A stretch of DNA of 64,000 nucleotides from Candidatus Kapaibacterium sp. (GTDB lineage: Bacteria; Bacteroidota; Ignavibacteria; Kapaibacteriales; UBA2268), in assembly GCA_963665665.1 (NCBI GenBank), contig OY762428.1:4448001-4512000 (forward strand), written 5' to 3'. A model generated the notes under the pieces. That model saw nothing but the letters and a program-made list of their open reading frames with translations. It searched no databases and was not told the DNA's origin. The position numbers and the translations under genes were made by a program. The first letter of the stretch is position 1. Each line of letters starts with the position of its first letter. Shown one piece after another: positions 20,153 to 30,055 of this stretch.

Positions 20153-21382
20153 ATGAAGAAGATTTTACTGATTGTTTTTACTCTGACTATTGCTTTTTCA
20201 GGTTCATTGCAGGCACAAAAGGATACCCAAAAGGACTGGGGAATATCTTTTAGCGGATATCTTAAAACGGATGTTATTTACGACACAAGAAAAACAGTAG
20301 ATGCACGCGAGGGGCATTTTCATCTTTATCCGGCACCTGAAGTTCTTGATCTTGACGGGGAGGATGTTAATGCATTTTCCGGTTTCAATATGCTGTCAAT
20401 TCAATCTCGTCTGAGAGGAACAATTACAGGGCCTGATGCTTTAGGTGCAAAAACCAAGGGTGTGCTTGAAGGTGCATTTTTTGGTGCCGCAGCCGGAAAT
20501 ATTAATACTTTCAGGCTTCGCCATGCTTTTATTGATCTTGACTGGGGTTCGTCCGAATTACTTGTTGGGCAATACTGGAACCCAATGTTTATTGAAGAAG
20601 TTTTCCCTTATGTTGTTTCATTCAATACCGGTGCTCCTTTTCAGCCTTTTGCAAGAAATCCTCAGATAAGGTTTATCTTAAAACCCGGTGACATGAATAT
20701 TATTCTTGCAGCATATTCCCAACGTGATTTTACAAGTACCGGGCCGGATGGTGCCAGTTCAAAATATCTTCGTGATGCAGGTATTCCGAATATGTTTGCA
20801 GGTTTAAAATATAAAACAAAAGAATTTATTGCTGGTGCAGGAGCTCAGTATAAGTTACTGAAACCCAGACGTCTGAATATGGATACTTTAAAAACTGATG
20901 AAACTATCGGGAGCTTCGGGGCAAATGCTTACCTGAGATTCGATGTTGACGACCTTATTTTCAGAGCAGAAGGTAATTATATTCAGAATGCTACCGACCT
21001 TACTATGATTGGTGGTTATGCTGTAAAAGAAGTTGTTGATGGTGAATATGAGTATGTAAATTTAAATACTATGTCTGCCTGGGTGGATGTTGTATATGGC
21101 AAAGAAATTCAGTTTGGGCTTTTTGGCGGATATACTAAGAATATGGGTGCCGAAGATAATGTGATAATTGATCAGATTTATGCCCGCGGCGGAAATATTG
21201 ATAATATCATCAGGGTTTCTCCCAGGATAGTATTCAATTCCGGAAAATTCAGAGTATCCGGTGAAATAGAATATACAGCTGCAGCTTACGGAAATATTGA
21301 TGCTGAAGATAAAGCAAAAGTTACTGATGCTGAATCAGTTGCAAATATTCGTGCTTTGATTGCTTTCTATCTTGCATTCTGA
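20153..21382 (+). CDS. DcaP-like outer-membrane porin
   Basis: GGAGG RBS, signal peptide, FRLRHAF..LLVGQYW, RNPQIR and terminal Phe. Confidence 0.75.
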   Translation: MKKILLIVFTLTIAFSGSLQAQKDTQKDWGISFSGYLKTDVIYDTRKTVDAREGHFHLYPAPEVLDLDGEDVNAFSGFNMLSIQSRLRGTITGPDALGAKTKGVLEGAFFGAAAGNINTFRLRHAFIDLDWGSSELLVGQYWNPMFIEEVFPYVVSFNTGAPFQPFARNPQIRFILKPGDMNIILAAYSQRDFTSTGPDGASSKYLRDAGIPNMFAGLKYKTKEFIAGAGAQYKLLKPRRLNMDTLKTDETIGSFGANAYLRFDVDDLIFRAEGNYIQNATDLTMIGGYAVKEVVDGEYEYVNLNTMSAWVDVVYGKEIQFGLFGGYTKNMGAEDNVIIDQIYARGGNIDNIIRVSPRIVFNSGKFRVSGEIEYTAAAYGNIDAEDKAKVTDAESVANIRALIAFYLAF

Positions 21383-21404
21383 TTTTTCAGCTTTACATAT
21401 TAGA

Positions 21405-21439
21405 AAAATCCTCATCACAAAAAAGGTGATGAGGATTTT
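21405..21439. terminator. Bidirectional intrinsic terminator
   Basis: AAAATCCTCATCAC-7nt-GTGATGAGGATTTT between convergent genes. Confidence 0.8.
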
Positions 21440-21441
21440 CT

Positions 21442-21837
21442 TTATAATATCTGTCTTTCATTTACAATTTTTTTCAATCTAAGGGACAGCTCCCAAAATC
21501 TGAATGGCTTTATCAGCATATCCGAAGCGCCAAGGCGGAAGATTTTTTCCATTTCTTCTCGGGAATTGATCGAAGTCAGCATTACTACCGGCAAATATGA
21601 TGTTAATGGATCTGATTTAATTCTTTGGCAAAGCTCGTAGCCGCTCATTTTAGCTAATCGGCTGTTAACAACAATAATATCTGGTAAATCAATCCTCAGG
21701 CTATCAATAGCCTTGAAAGGGTCGTCGAAAAGCCGGATTTTAAAACCGGATTTGCCAAGAATAATTCCAAGCATCTCTGCGTCGGAAATCGTACTTTCAA
21801 TTATTACAGCCTCAATATTTAAATTATCATCATCCAT
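21442..21837 (-). CDS. Single-domain receiver (REC) protein, atypical
   Basis: MSGYELCQRIKSDP, PVVMLTS and GASDMLIKPF; Asn at the usual phospho-Asp position. Confidence 0.85.
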   Translation of the reverse strand: MDDDNLNIEAVIIESTISDAEMLGIILGKSGFKIRLFDDPFKAIDSLRIDLPDIIVVNSRLAKMSGYELCQRIKSDPLTSYLPVVMLTSINSREEMEKIFRLGASDMLIKPFRFWELSLRLKKIVNERQIL

Positions 21838-21841
21838 TTTC

Positions 21842-22642
21842 TCACATCATAATCAATATAGAGAAGGCCATAACCGCCATTCCGGCTATCATGCCGTAAA
21901 TTGCTTTATGGCCGTGGTCATATTCCCTGGCAGTAGGCAATAATTCATCCACGGAAATAAATACCATTATACCCCCGACAGCAGCAAATAAAAATCCGAA
22001 AGTTGCCGGAGTAAGTATAGTATGCAATATCATATAACCTATTATTGCGCCTACAGGTTCGGACAGGCCGGAAGAAAATGATAGCCAAAATGCTTTTTTT
22101 CTGCTACCTGTTGAGTAATATACAGGTATTGAAACTGCAATTCCTTCAGGAATATTGTGAATGGCGATTGCAATTGCAATAGGAATACCTATCGAAGGAT
22201 CAACGAGATAAGCCGAGAATGTTGCTATTCCTTCCGGAAAGTTATGTATACCAATAGCCAGTGCTGTGAATAAACCCATCCTGTAAAGTTTTTTATCGTC
22301 TTTAGGAGCATTCATATCCTCTATTTGCTTAGGCTCGTGAGGATTTTCAAAAGATGGAATAAACCTGTCAATTATCATTATTATTATTATTCCAAGAAAA
22401 AATGCACCTACACCGTACCAGGCGGCAGTGCTTTCAGAATATACCTGCTCAAGGGATTCAATCGCTTTTACAAGTATGTCAACAAAAGAAACATATATCA
22501 TTACACCGCCGGAAAACCCCAGGGATATGGCCAGGAAAGCTTTGTTTGTCTTTTTTGTAAAAAATGCAAGTGCACTTCCAATACCTGTGGAAAGTCCTGC
22601 GAAAGTTGTTAACAGCAATGCATAAATAATTGTTTCATTCAT
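21842..22642 (-). CDS. zupT: ZIP-family zinc transporter ZupT
   Basis: [38 protein letters not shown] and DELLPTA. Confidence 0.93.
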   Translation of the reverse strand: MNETIIYALLLTTFAGLSTGIGSALAFFTKKTNKAFLAISLGFSGGVMIYVSFVDILVKAIESLEQVYSESTAAWYGVGAFFLGIIIIMIIDRFIPSFENPHEPKQIEDMNAPKDDKKLYRMGLFTALAIGIHNFPEGIATFSAYLVDPSIGIPIAIAIAIHNIPEGIAVSIPVYYSTGSRKKAFWLSFSSGLSEPVGAIIGYMILHTILTPATFGFLFAAVGGIMVFISVDELLPTAREYDHGHKAIYGMIAGMAVMAFSILIMM

Positions 22643-22647
22643 CTGAT

Positions 22648-23223
22648 TTACTTTTTAATTGTAGAATATGCTGAAATTAGTTCTCGGCCTATGCCGTAAT
22701 AGCTACGTCCCGACGAATCAAATATGAAAGGATCAATTTTTGCAATATCAGGCATACCTTTCTTGTTCAGATAAGATTCTTCGCATGATACATCCAATAT
22801 TTCTCCGATAAACTGGGTATGGATACCAATTTCATAAGTATGAATTACCTTGCAGCTCAGGTGCATTGGAAATTCTTTTATGTAGGGAGCATGAACATAA
22901 GAACTTTCCAACGCTGTCAGGTTGAGTTTCTCGAATTTATTCATATCCCTGCCGCTGTAAATACCTGTGAAATCAGCTTCACTAACCTGACTGCCAGAAG
23001 GGATATTAAGAGTAAAAGCCTGGTGTTTCATAATACTGCTGAAGGAATACCTTGATTTTCTCAGAGAAATTGTAACACATGGCGGTTCGCTGCAGCAAAT
23101 ACCTCCCCAGGAAACTGCCATTATATTGGGATTATCATTATCATCGTAAGAACCAATAATAAAAACGGGATGCGTGAAAAGTAAAGTTTTTTTATTTATG
23201 GATTTCCGCATTATATCTTTCAA
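22648..23223 (-). CDS. Flavin reductase family protein (flavoredoxin-like)
   Basis: [34 protein letters not shown] and [10 protein letters not shown]. Confidence 0.88.
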   Translation of the reverse strand: MKDIMRKSINKKTLLFTHPVFIIGSYDDNDNPNIMAVSWGGICCSEPPCVTISLRKSRYSFSSIMKHQAFTLNIPSGSQVSEADFTGIYSGRDMNKFEKLNLTALESSYVHAPYIKEFPMHLSCKVIHTYEIGIHTQFIGEILDVSCEESYLNKKGMPDIAKIDPFIFDSSGRSYYGIGRELISAYSTIKK

Positions 23224-23577
23224 AATATTGTTATTTAATAAACATATAATATTAAGGTTTTCCTAACAATTCAGCAAATATTTTTTTCAAATATTCCTGA
23301 TTTTATAAAATATTGAGATATTCAATAATTTATCAATGCACCGATGTTTGATGATATTGCTGCCTTGTTCGTAAGCAAAGAAAGAAAACCTCCCCTATAA
23401 TCCCCTCCTCCCTGAGGAGGGGATAAGAAATTAAATATCATAGAATTAACTCCCCCTCCTTCGGAAGGAGGGGGCCGGGGGGAGGTAGGAAGGGTCTATG
23501 GTAATGTACCAATGTTCAAATCCATTGCCGCCTTATTCTTCTTCAAAGCCCTCTCCTTCGGGGAGGGTTTGGGAGGG

Positions 23578-23804
23578 GTCGGAGTCATTGATGCCTTGGT
23601 CGGAGTTATTGACGCCTTGGTCGGAGTCATTGATGCCTTGGTCGGAGTCATTGATGCCTTGGTCGGAGTTATTGATGCCTTGGTCGAAGTCATTGATGCC
23701 TTGGTCGAAGTCATTGATGCCTTGGTCGAAGTTATTGATGCCTTGGTCGAAGTCATTGATGCCTTGGTCGAAGTTATTGATGCCTTGGTTGAAGGCATTG
23801 ATTA
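23578..23804. repeat. 21-bp array A (GTCG[G/A]AGT[C/T]ATTGATGCCTTG), 10 full units plus a partial unit
   Basis: Units counted directly. Confidence 0.95.
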
Positions 23805-23812
23805 TAATCAAT

Positions 23813-24169
23813 AAGGTCAACCAAGCTGTCAGTAAGGTCAACCAAGCTGTCAGTAAGGTCAACCAAGCTGTCAGTAAGGTCAACCAAGCTGTCAATAAGG
23901 TCAACCAAGCTGTCAGTAAGGTCAACCAAGCTGTCAATAAGGTCAACCAAGCTGTCAGTAAAGCCAACCAAATGTTCAGTAAGGTCAACCAAGTGTTCAG
24001 TAAGATCAACCAAGTGTTCAGTAAGATCAACCAAGTGTTCAGTAAGATCAACCAAGTGTTCAGTAAGGTCAACCAAGTGTTCAGTAAGGTCAACCAAGTG
24101 TTCAGTAAGATCAACCAAGTGTTCAGTAAGGTCAACCAAGTGTTCAGTAAGATCAACCAAGTGTTCAAT
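23813..24169. repeat. 21-bp array B (AAGGTCAACCAAG[CTG/TGT]TCAGT), 17 units
   Basis: Units counted directly; first 7 units carry CTG and the next 10 carry TGT. Confidence 0.95.
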
Positions 24170-24903
24170 GAGGCCAAATTTTACTACAATAAGGCCAAAC
24201 AGTAGTTCAATACCACCGGCCAGGGCAGTTTAAAGCCCTGCAATCCAAGCAATTAGCCCAAACATCAGGATTCTGGTTCAAAACAGTATTGAAATAAGGA
24301 AATTATCCGGTTCATTGAAACCACAGGATGAGGAATTAAGGCCGACGGCCTGTTCATTGGGGTGGAAGAACTGGGGGATAGGGCCGGAGAAGGAGGTATT
24401 ATGTTGTCATTCCCCGACCTGTCGGGGCCAGCGGTGGACAGGTGATTTTCCCTCCTTCCCAAGTTGTACTTGGGAATGAATTTTTCCTGCAAAGTTCTAC
24501 TTTGGAATTATGAAGCTCAGCTTCAAAAGAAAACTGCATTACGAAGTACAACTTCGTAATGAGGGGGAATGTATTAAGAATGGATCCTTCGCTTCGCTCA
24601 GGATGACATGCAGTTTTACCATCGTCAAGTTCAATAGCCACGTGCTTTAGCTCGTGGATAAAGACGCAACGTCCCGAAGACTAAGAAAAAGAATCCACCC
24701 CAGCCTGTCCCGACGTGTCGGGAACTCGCTGCGCTCGCCACCCCTCAACGAGGGGAATTTTCCGGAAATCCACCCCCGCCCTTCGGGCATCCGTCAACTG
24801 GAGCGAAATGAATACATCAACTGTCACCATCTGATGAGGGACAGGGGCTTCGACTCTTTACAGGCATATTTATTATCTTAAAGAAGCGGGTTTAAATCAC
24901 TTT

Positions 24904-25812
24904 TTACCAATCATCAGATGAATAAAATTCCCTGCTATATATGTTTGTTGATTCTTTTATTCTGGAAATTTCTAATGAACTTAGATTGTTTTTCCATTTA
25001 CTAATATTTTGCTTTGAGTCTCGATGCAGATTGTCATTTATTTTTGCACGGCTTGTTTCATCAATATATCTGCGTGCTTTTTCATTGAAATCCAGATTCA
25101 GCTTTTTATATAATTTGGCGAATTCCCCAACCGGATTTGTTGAGAGGTCCTCGTGCCGTACAAAAATCCAATTGTTATAATTCTCCTTATATTTAATGAT
25201 CTTATAATGAATGATATTCCAAAGAAGGATTGCATGTTCGATAATATCATTTCGGTTTTCTTTGCAAATATCAAGGATTTCTTTTTGCAGCTTATCAGGA
25301 AGTTCTTTCATCAATTCTTCCTGGTTCGAAAAATGGTTAAAATTATGAAGCCAGTTTTTATTTTTCAATGATTCAGCAAAAGCTGCAGGATGCCTGATTA
25401 AAACAACAACCTGAAAGTCGAAATTCCTGTAAATCCAATCAGCAGAAAACAAAGCTATAGGATCTTTTACAAGTTTTCTTTTGTAATATAATTTCTTTAA
25501 TTCATGTAGTGTCGAATTTGCCAGGGATTTTAATCCGGGTTTGTAATATACTTTGTTTATCAAATTGCTCATGCTGAAATTTAGTTGCGCCTGAAAATAT
25601 TTATATGTGGCTTTATTATTATCCTCTGTTTTTTCAAACCAGAATTTCAACGGGAATTTTATCCTGGGTTTGTGATTAAGATTGAAAGGTTCATAGATAT
25701 ATTGCGTGTCTCCGCCTGCTGACAAGACCCGGCCGGTCCATGTAGATCCTGATCTGTGCGATCCTGTTACTAAGATGTTCTGCATACTTTCCGTTAATAA
25801 ATTCAATAACAA
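24904..25812 (-). CDS. Sulfotransferase family protein
   Basis: ILVTGSHRSGSTW PAPS-binding loop, YEPFN, VKDP, LIRHPAAF and VRHEDL; start may be at 25785. Confidence 0.88.
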   Translation of the reverse strand: MLLNLLTESMQNILVTGSHRSGSTWTGRVLSAGGDTQYIYEPFNLNHKPRIKFPLKFWFEKTEDNNKATYKYFQAQLNFSMSNLINKVYYKPGLKSLANSTLHELKKLYYKRKLVKDPIALFSADWIYRNFDFQVVVLIRHPAAFAESLKNKNWLHNFNHFSNQEELMKELPDKLQKEILDICKENRNDIIEHAILLWNIIHYKIIKYKENYNNWIFVRHEDLSTNPVGEFAKLYKKLNLDFNEKARRYIDETSRAKINDNLHRDSKQNISKWKNNLSSLEISRIKESTNIYSREFYSSDDW

Positions 25813-26101
25813 TTCTGTTGCAAATATACATTATTAATTTTATACGCGATAATCAAGTTCTATTAGTCAGTGCGGGGGAGACTATTGATTTGCTTCGCTA
25901 AGGATTCAGACGGAAAATTAATATACCGGAACATACTGATGAATCTGAATAAAAGATATACTTTGGCCTGCATGAATGGAATTGATTCTTTAATCATGTA
26001 AGATTGTATACAACTTTTGTAAATGCGTTTAACAAATCCCTGATTGTCATGCTTTAAATTTGTACCAGTTGATTTTCAAAACAAATATTGGAGATAAAAA
26101 A

Positions 26102-27052
26102 ATGGCAGATACACAATTTGGAGCAAAAGGCTGGACACCTGATCGAATCGCTTCCCTCGAAGGAAAAACTTATCTAATAACAGGAGCTAACAGCGGTACA
26201 GGTTTTGAAGCATCTAAGATTCTTCTGTCCAAAGGGGCTAAAGTTGTAATGTTGAACCGCAATACTCAAAAATCATCTGATGCTATTGAGGCATTAAAAC
26301 AAGAGCTTGGTAATAATGCAAACGTATCATTCATACTCATGGACTTGGGTGATCAGGCTTCAGTTCGAAAAGCAGCAAAAGAGGTTCTTGAAACCGTCCC
26401 ACGAATAGATGCTCTTATTTGTAATGGGGCGATTGCACAAGTGCCTAATCAGCAGTTAACTGTTGATGGTTTTGAAAGCCAGCTTGGAGTTAACCACTAC
26501 GGTCATTTTCTTCTGCAAGGTTTACTTTTCCCGCTAATTGAAAAATCAAAAGGCCGAATCGTAACGGTTGGCAGTATGGGTTATAATTTAGGCATAAAAA
26601 CAATCCAATTCGATGATATGAACTGGGATAAGAATTATCATCCCAATAATGTCTATAGCCAGAGCAAATTAGCGCAAATTATGTCAGTTTATGAATTGCA
26701 GGACAGACTTGAAAAGGCTGGTAAAACAGATGTAAAAGTTTATGCTTGTCATCCTGGAGCTTCAACAACTTCACTGATTAAAACCAGCGGCAGTTTAATG
26801 ATGCGGTTCACATGGTGGTTGATGACATTGTCTCCTATGGTGCAGTCAGCAGAAAAAGGTTCTTATCCGGAACTTATGTGTGCAACGGAAGAGAATCTGG
26901 ATCAGAAAGGGTTTTATGGTCCAACAGGGCGAAGCAATTGGACTGGGCCGGTTGGAGAACATAAACTTGAACCACATGCAAAAGACAAAGCCGTAGCTGA
27001 AAAGCTTTGGGATTTATCAGAAAAAGAAACAGGATTTAACTGGAATTTATAG
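26102..27052 (+). CDS. Short-chain dehydrogenase/reductase (retinol-dehydrogenase-like)
   Basis: TGANSGTG, DGFESQLGVNHYGHF and YSQSK catalytic motif; GGAG RBS before 26102. Confidence 0.92.
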   Translation: MADTQFGAKGWTPDRIASLEGKTYLITGANSGTGFEASKILLSKGAKVVMLNRNTQKSSDAIEALKQELGNNANVSFILMDLGDQASVRKAAKEVLETVPRIDALICNGAIAQVPNQQLTVDGFESQLGVNHYGHFLLQGLLFPLIEKSKGRIVTVGSMGYNLGIKTIQFDDMNWDKNYHPNNVYSQSKLAQIMSVYELQDRLEKAGKTDVKVYACHPGASTTSLIKTSGSLMMRFTWWLMTLSPMVQSAEKGSYPELMCATEENLDQKGFYGPTGRSNWTGPVGEHKLEPHAKDKAVAEKLWDLSEKETGFNWNL

Positions 27053-27063
27053 GAGCAAGAGAC

Positions 27064-27567
27064 ATGGAAATATTAAAAGCAGCCACAGAATGGGCAAAAG
27101 CGGAAGTCTTTTCAACTTCATTTTTCATCATAGCAGGAGTTCTGTTTGTCACTGTAAGTATTGGCTTCTGGCAGCTGGGTAAAACAGATTTAGCAAAGGC
27201 CTACATTATCCCCACTTTAGTAGCCGGCGTTTTACTATTGATTATAGGAATTGGTTTACTTTTTACAAACATATCAAGAATTTCAAGCTTTGAGGAAGAC
27301 TACAATAAGGATGCTTCGGCTTTTGTGAAATCAGAAATTGATCGTGTCGACAGAACTTTAAAACAATACACCGTAGTATTTAAAGCTATTCCGATAATTA
27401 TTGCTGTATGTGCCTTATTAATTATTTTCTTTAGCGCCCCAAATTGGCGAGCAAGCCTGATTACAACCATTGCTATACTGATAGTTGTTTTATTGATAGA
27501 CGGCACTGCCAATGCCAGAATTGAAGCCTATAACAAACAATTAATATTAGTAGAAAAACAATATTGA
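27064..27567 (+). CDS. Hypothetical 4-TM membrane protein
   Basis: Four hydrophobic segments; in operon with SDR. Confidence 0.8.
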   Translation: MEILKAATEWAKAEVFSTSFFIIAGVLFVTVSIGFWQLGKTDLAKAYIIPTLVAGVLLLIIGIGLLFTNISRISSFEEDYNKDASAFVKSEIDRVDRTLKQYTVVFKAIPIIIAVCALLIIFFSAPNWRASLITTIAILIVVLLIDGTANARIEAYNKQLILVEKQY

Positions 27568-27615
27568 ATTTAGGGATTTGATTTATTATTTATTAAAAAT
27601 TAAGGAGTTAGAATC

Positions 27616-28644
27616 ATGAAATACAAAAATTTGGGAAACACAGGATTATACGTTTCGGAACTAACACTCGGAACCATGACTTTCGACAAAGAAGGTGGAA
27701 GTTACTCAGGAGTGATTGGAGCAACCGGACAGGAACTGGCAACAAAAATGGTTAACCTGGCAATTGATGCGGGTATTAACATTTTTGATACCGCCAATGT
27801 ATATAGTTCCGGCGAATCGGAAATTATGCTTGGAAAAGCCTTAGGTAATAAAAGGAAAGATGTGATTATTGCAAGCAAGGTATATAGTTCCCTGACTACG
27901 GGGCCAAATGAACTGGGAACAAGCCGCCAGGCAATTATGCGAGAAGTGGAAGGCAGCCTGAAACGTCTGGGAACCGATTACATAGACCTTTACCAGGTTC
28001 ACATGTTCGATATTACAACCCCACTTGAAGAAACATTAAAAGCATTAGATGACCTGGTTCGTCATGGTAAGGTAAGATATATCGGGCTCTCAAATTTCAG
28101 TGCATGGCAAATTGCCAAAGCCGATGGATTGGCAAAGTTATTGGGCACTGAAAAATTCTGTTCGGCCCAGGTATATTATTCCCTGGTGGGCCGTGAACTT
28201 GAAAAGGAAATTATTCCGGCAACCATGGATTTGGGATTAGGAACATTGATATACAGTCCGCTATCGGCAGGTTTCTTAAGCGGGAAATACACCCGGGAAG
28301 GTGAAGCTTCAGGACGGAGAGCGAATTTTGACTTTCCACCGGTTGAAAAGGAGCAGGGTTTTAATATTTTAGATAAATTGATGGAAATTGCGGATAGCAA
28401 GAATGCATCAGTTGCACAAATTTCATTGGCATGGCTGCTTCACAAACAAGGTGTTACCAGCGTAATTATTGGAGCACGAAAGGAGGAGCAGCTAATTGAT
28501 AACCTGGGTGCTGCAGATATAATTTTAAGCGATGAGGAAATAAAACAACTGAATGCAGTTAGTGCTTTAAAACCAGAGTATCCTCAATATGTTTCACCTA
28601 TGAATCGTGGTGAAAGCTTATTTAGCCGTTTCCAAAACGACTAA
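27616..28644 (+). CDS. Aldo/keto reductase
   Basis: LGNTGLYVSELTLGTMTF, FDTANVYS.G.SE, SLKRLGTDYIDLYQVH and GKVRYIGLSN. Confidence 0.95.
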   Translation: MKYKNLGNTGLYVSELTLGTMTFDKEGGSYSGVIGATGQELATKMVNLAIDAGINIFDTANVYSSGESEIMLGKALGNKRKDVIIASKVYSSLTTGPNELGTSRQAIMREVEGSLKRLGTDYIDLYQVHMFDITTPLEETLKALDDLVRHGKVRYIGLSNFSAWQIAKADGLAKLLGTEKFCSAQVYYSLVGRELEKEIIPATMDLGLGTLIYSPLSAGFLSGKYTREGEASGRRANFDFPPVEKEQGFNILDKLMEIADSKNASVAQISLAWLLHKQGVTSVIIGARKEEQLIDNLGAADIILSDEEIKQLNAVSALKPEYPQYVSPMNRGESLFSRFQND

Positions 28645-28754
28645 TGATTTGAACTTTTATTTAAAAATCAATATCTTTGGATTGCTGTTGTTAAAGAAAT
28701 ATAACAATAGCAGCCAGGGATAACTTTTTTTAATTTTAAATTATATGGTTACTT

Positions 28755-29678
28755 ATGAAATATATAAACTATAAAAATATTCGGGAATTTAACCTGGCTC
28801 AGAATTTACCTGAACCTGAGAATCCACTTTTCAGTATTGGACATAAAAAGTTAGGCTCTGATGAAATAGAAAATTGTGTCTCCTCAAATGAAGAAATGTG
28901 TTATACTAACCAATTTTATTTAATAAGCCTTAAAAAGATTGTTTCAGGTGAGATAATTTATGGTAGGACAAAGTATGATTGCAGCAACGGGACATTATTT
29001 TTTTCAGCGCCAAATCAGACTTATAAAGTAAAAAACGTTGTGGTTAGTTCAGAATCCTGGTTTATTGCGTTCCATGAAGATTTTGTTCAAGGGCTGGATA
29101 TTCGTAAACGTATAAGAAAATATAATTTCTTCAATTACAATGTCAACGAAGCTCTTCACCTCACACCTAAAGAAGAAAATATACTTAAATCAATCTTCTC
29201 AAACATTGAATCAGAATATAATGCTAACCAGGATGAATTCTCTAAAGAATTGATCCTTACTCATCTCGAAGCCTTGTTAAAGTATTCAGATCGTTTTTAC
29301 AAAAGGCAGTTTTTGGATAGAAAGGTAATATCTTCGGACTTGTATTCAAAATTCTATGAATTCATGCATACTTATTTTGAGAGTAATAATTTAGAAGAAA
29401 CAGGGATACCAAAGATTGAAGATATTGCTAAAGCTCTTTCTGTATCTCAAAGATATTTAAGCGATTCATTAAAAACAGAAACCGGAAAAGCAGCTACTGA
29501 CCACATAAATATGTTCTTAATTGAAGAAGCTAAGAATATATTATTACAACCAAAGATGACAGTATCTGAAACTGCATATCAGTTAGGATTCGAATACCCT
29601 CAATATTTCTCAAGATTATTTAAGAAAAAAACAGGGCTAAGTCCGAGCGAATATCAGGAATCCTTTATTCGGAATTAA
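28755..29678 (+). CDS. AraC-family transcriptional regulator (Bacteroidota type)
   Basis: YGRTKYD, NEALHL, RFYKRQF and AYQLGFEYPQYFSRLFKKKTG. Confidence 0.93.
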   Translation: MKYINYKNIREFNLAQNLPEPENPLFSIGHKKLGSDEIENCVSSNEEMCYTNQFYLISLKKIVSGEIIYGRTKYDCSNGTLFFSAPNQTYKVKNVVVSSESWFIAFHEDFVQGLDIRKRIRKYNFFNYNVNEALHLTPKEENILKSIFSNIESEYNANQDEFSKELILTHLEALLKYSDRFYKRQFLDRKVISSDLYSKFYEFMHTYFESNNLEETGIPKIEDIAKALSVSQRYLSDSLKTETGKAATDHINMFLIEEAKNILLQPKMTVSETAYQLGFEYPQYFSRLFKKKTGLSPSEYQESFIRN

Positions 29679-29809
29679 AAGAATAATCCCGGGGAAGTCG
29701 TAGGATAAATACCCCGCTGCTTGCAGCTAAATCAGTTTCCAAAGTTTGCATTGGGGTTCATATCCGTGAAGGGATAATTTCATCTCAAAATCTTTTTATC
29801 ATACTTATT

Positions 29810-30055
29810 TTACAGCTTTAAAACTCTTCTAATTTCGGAAATGAAATCTTTCAATACAATTGGTTTATCAATTTTACCTACAAAACCATGTTCTTCATAA
29901 TTGGCTACAACAGGTAAGCCGAAATGGCCGCTGTAAACTAATGCTTTTACGTTTTCATCAAGTTCTTTCAGTTTTTTCAGAACAGCTAAACCATCGTTAT
30001 CATGGCCGATTTATGTTAAATCGAGCATAATTAAATCGTATGGATCTTTGGTTAA
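29810..30055 (-). pseudogene. Receiver-domain remnant of a hybrid histidine kinase
   Basis: Manual translation PYDLIMLDLT*IGHDNDGLAVLKKLKELDENVKALVYSGH..ANYEEHGFVGKIDKP..; internal stop, no 5' part. Confidence 0.75.

Larger units (their letters stand above)
23337..24855. repeat. Composite non-coding element, copy 1: hairpin module + inverted 21-bp arrays + degenerate tail + REP-like mosaic
   Basis: Block-by-block homology with 53296-55165 in the same orientation; no transposase inside. Confidence 0.85.

Noticed and set aside
23578-24169. CRISPR array
   Set aside because: Units are contiguous with no unique spacers, and no cas genes are in the window
23496-24205. Heptad-repeat ORFs (VIDALVE, KVNQAVS, LTEHLVD) as coiled-coil proteins
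   Set aside because: Five frames are open; starts and stops are not conserved in copy 2. Coding is not fully excluded without proteomics
24265-24881. Short ORFs such as CHPERSEGS and MASAASRGG (also 54438-55040)
   Set aside because: Translations of REP-like palindromes
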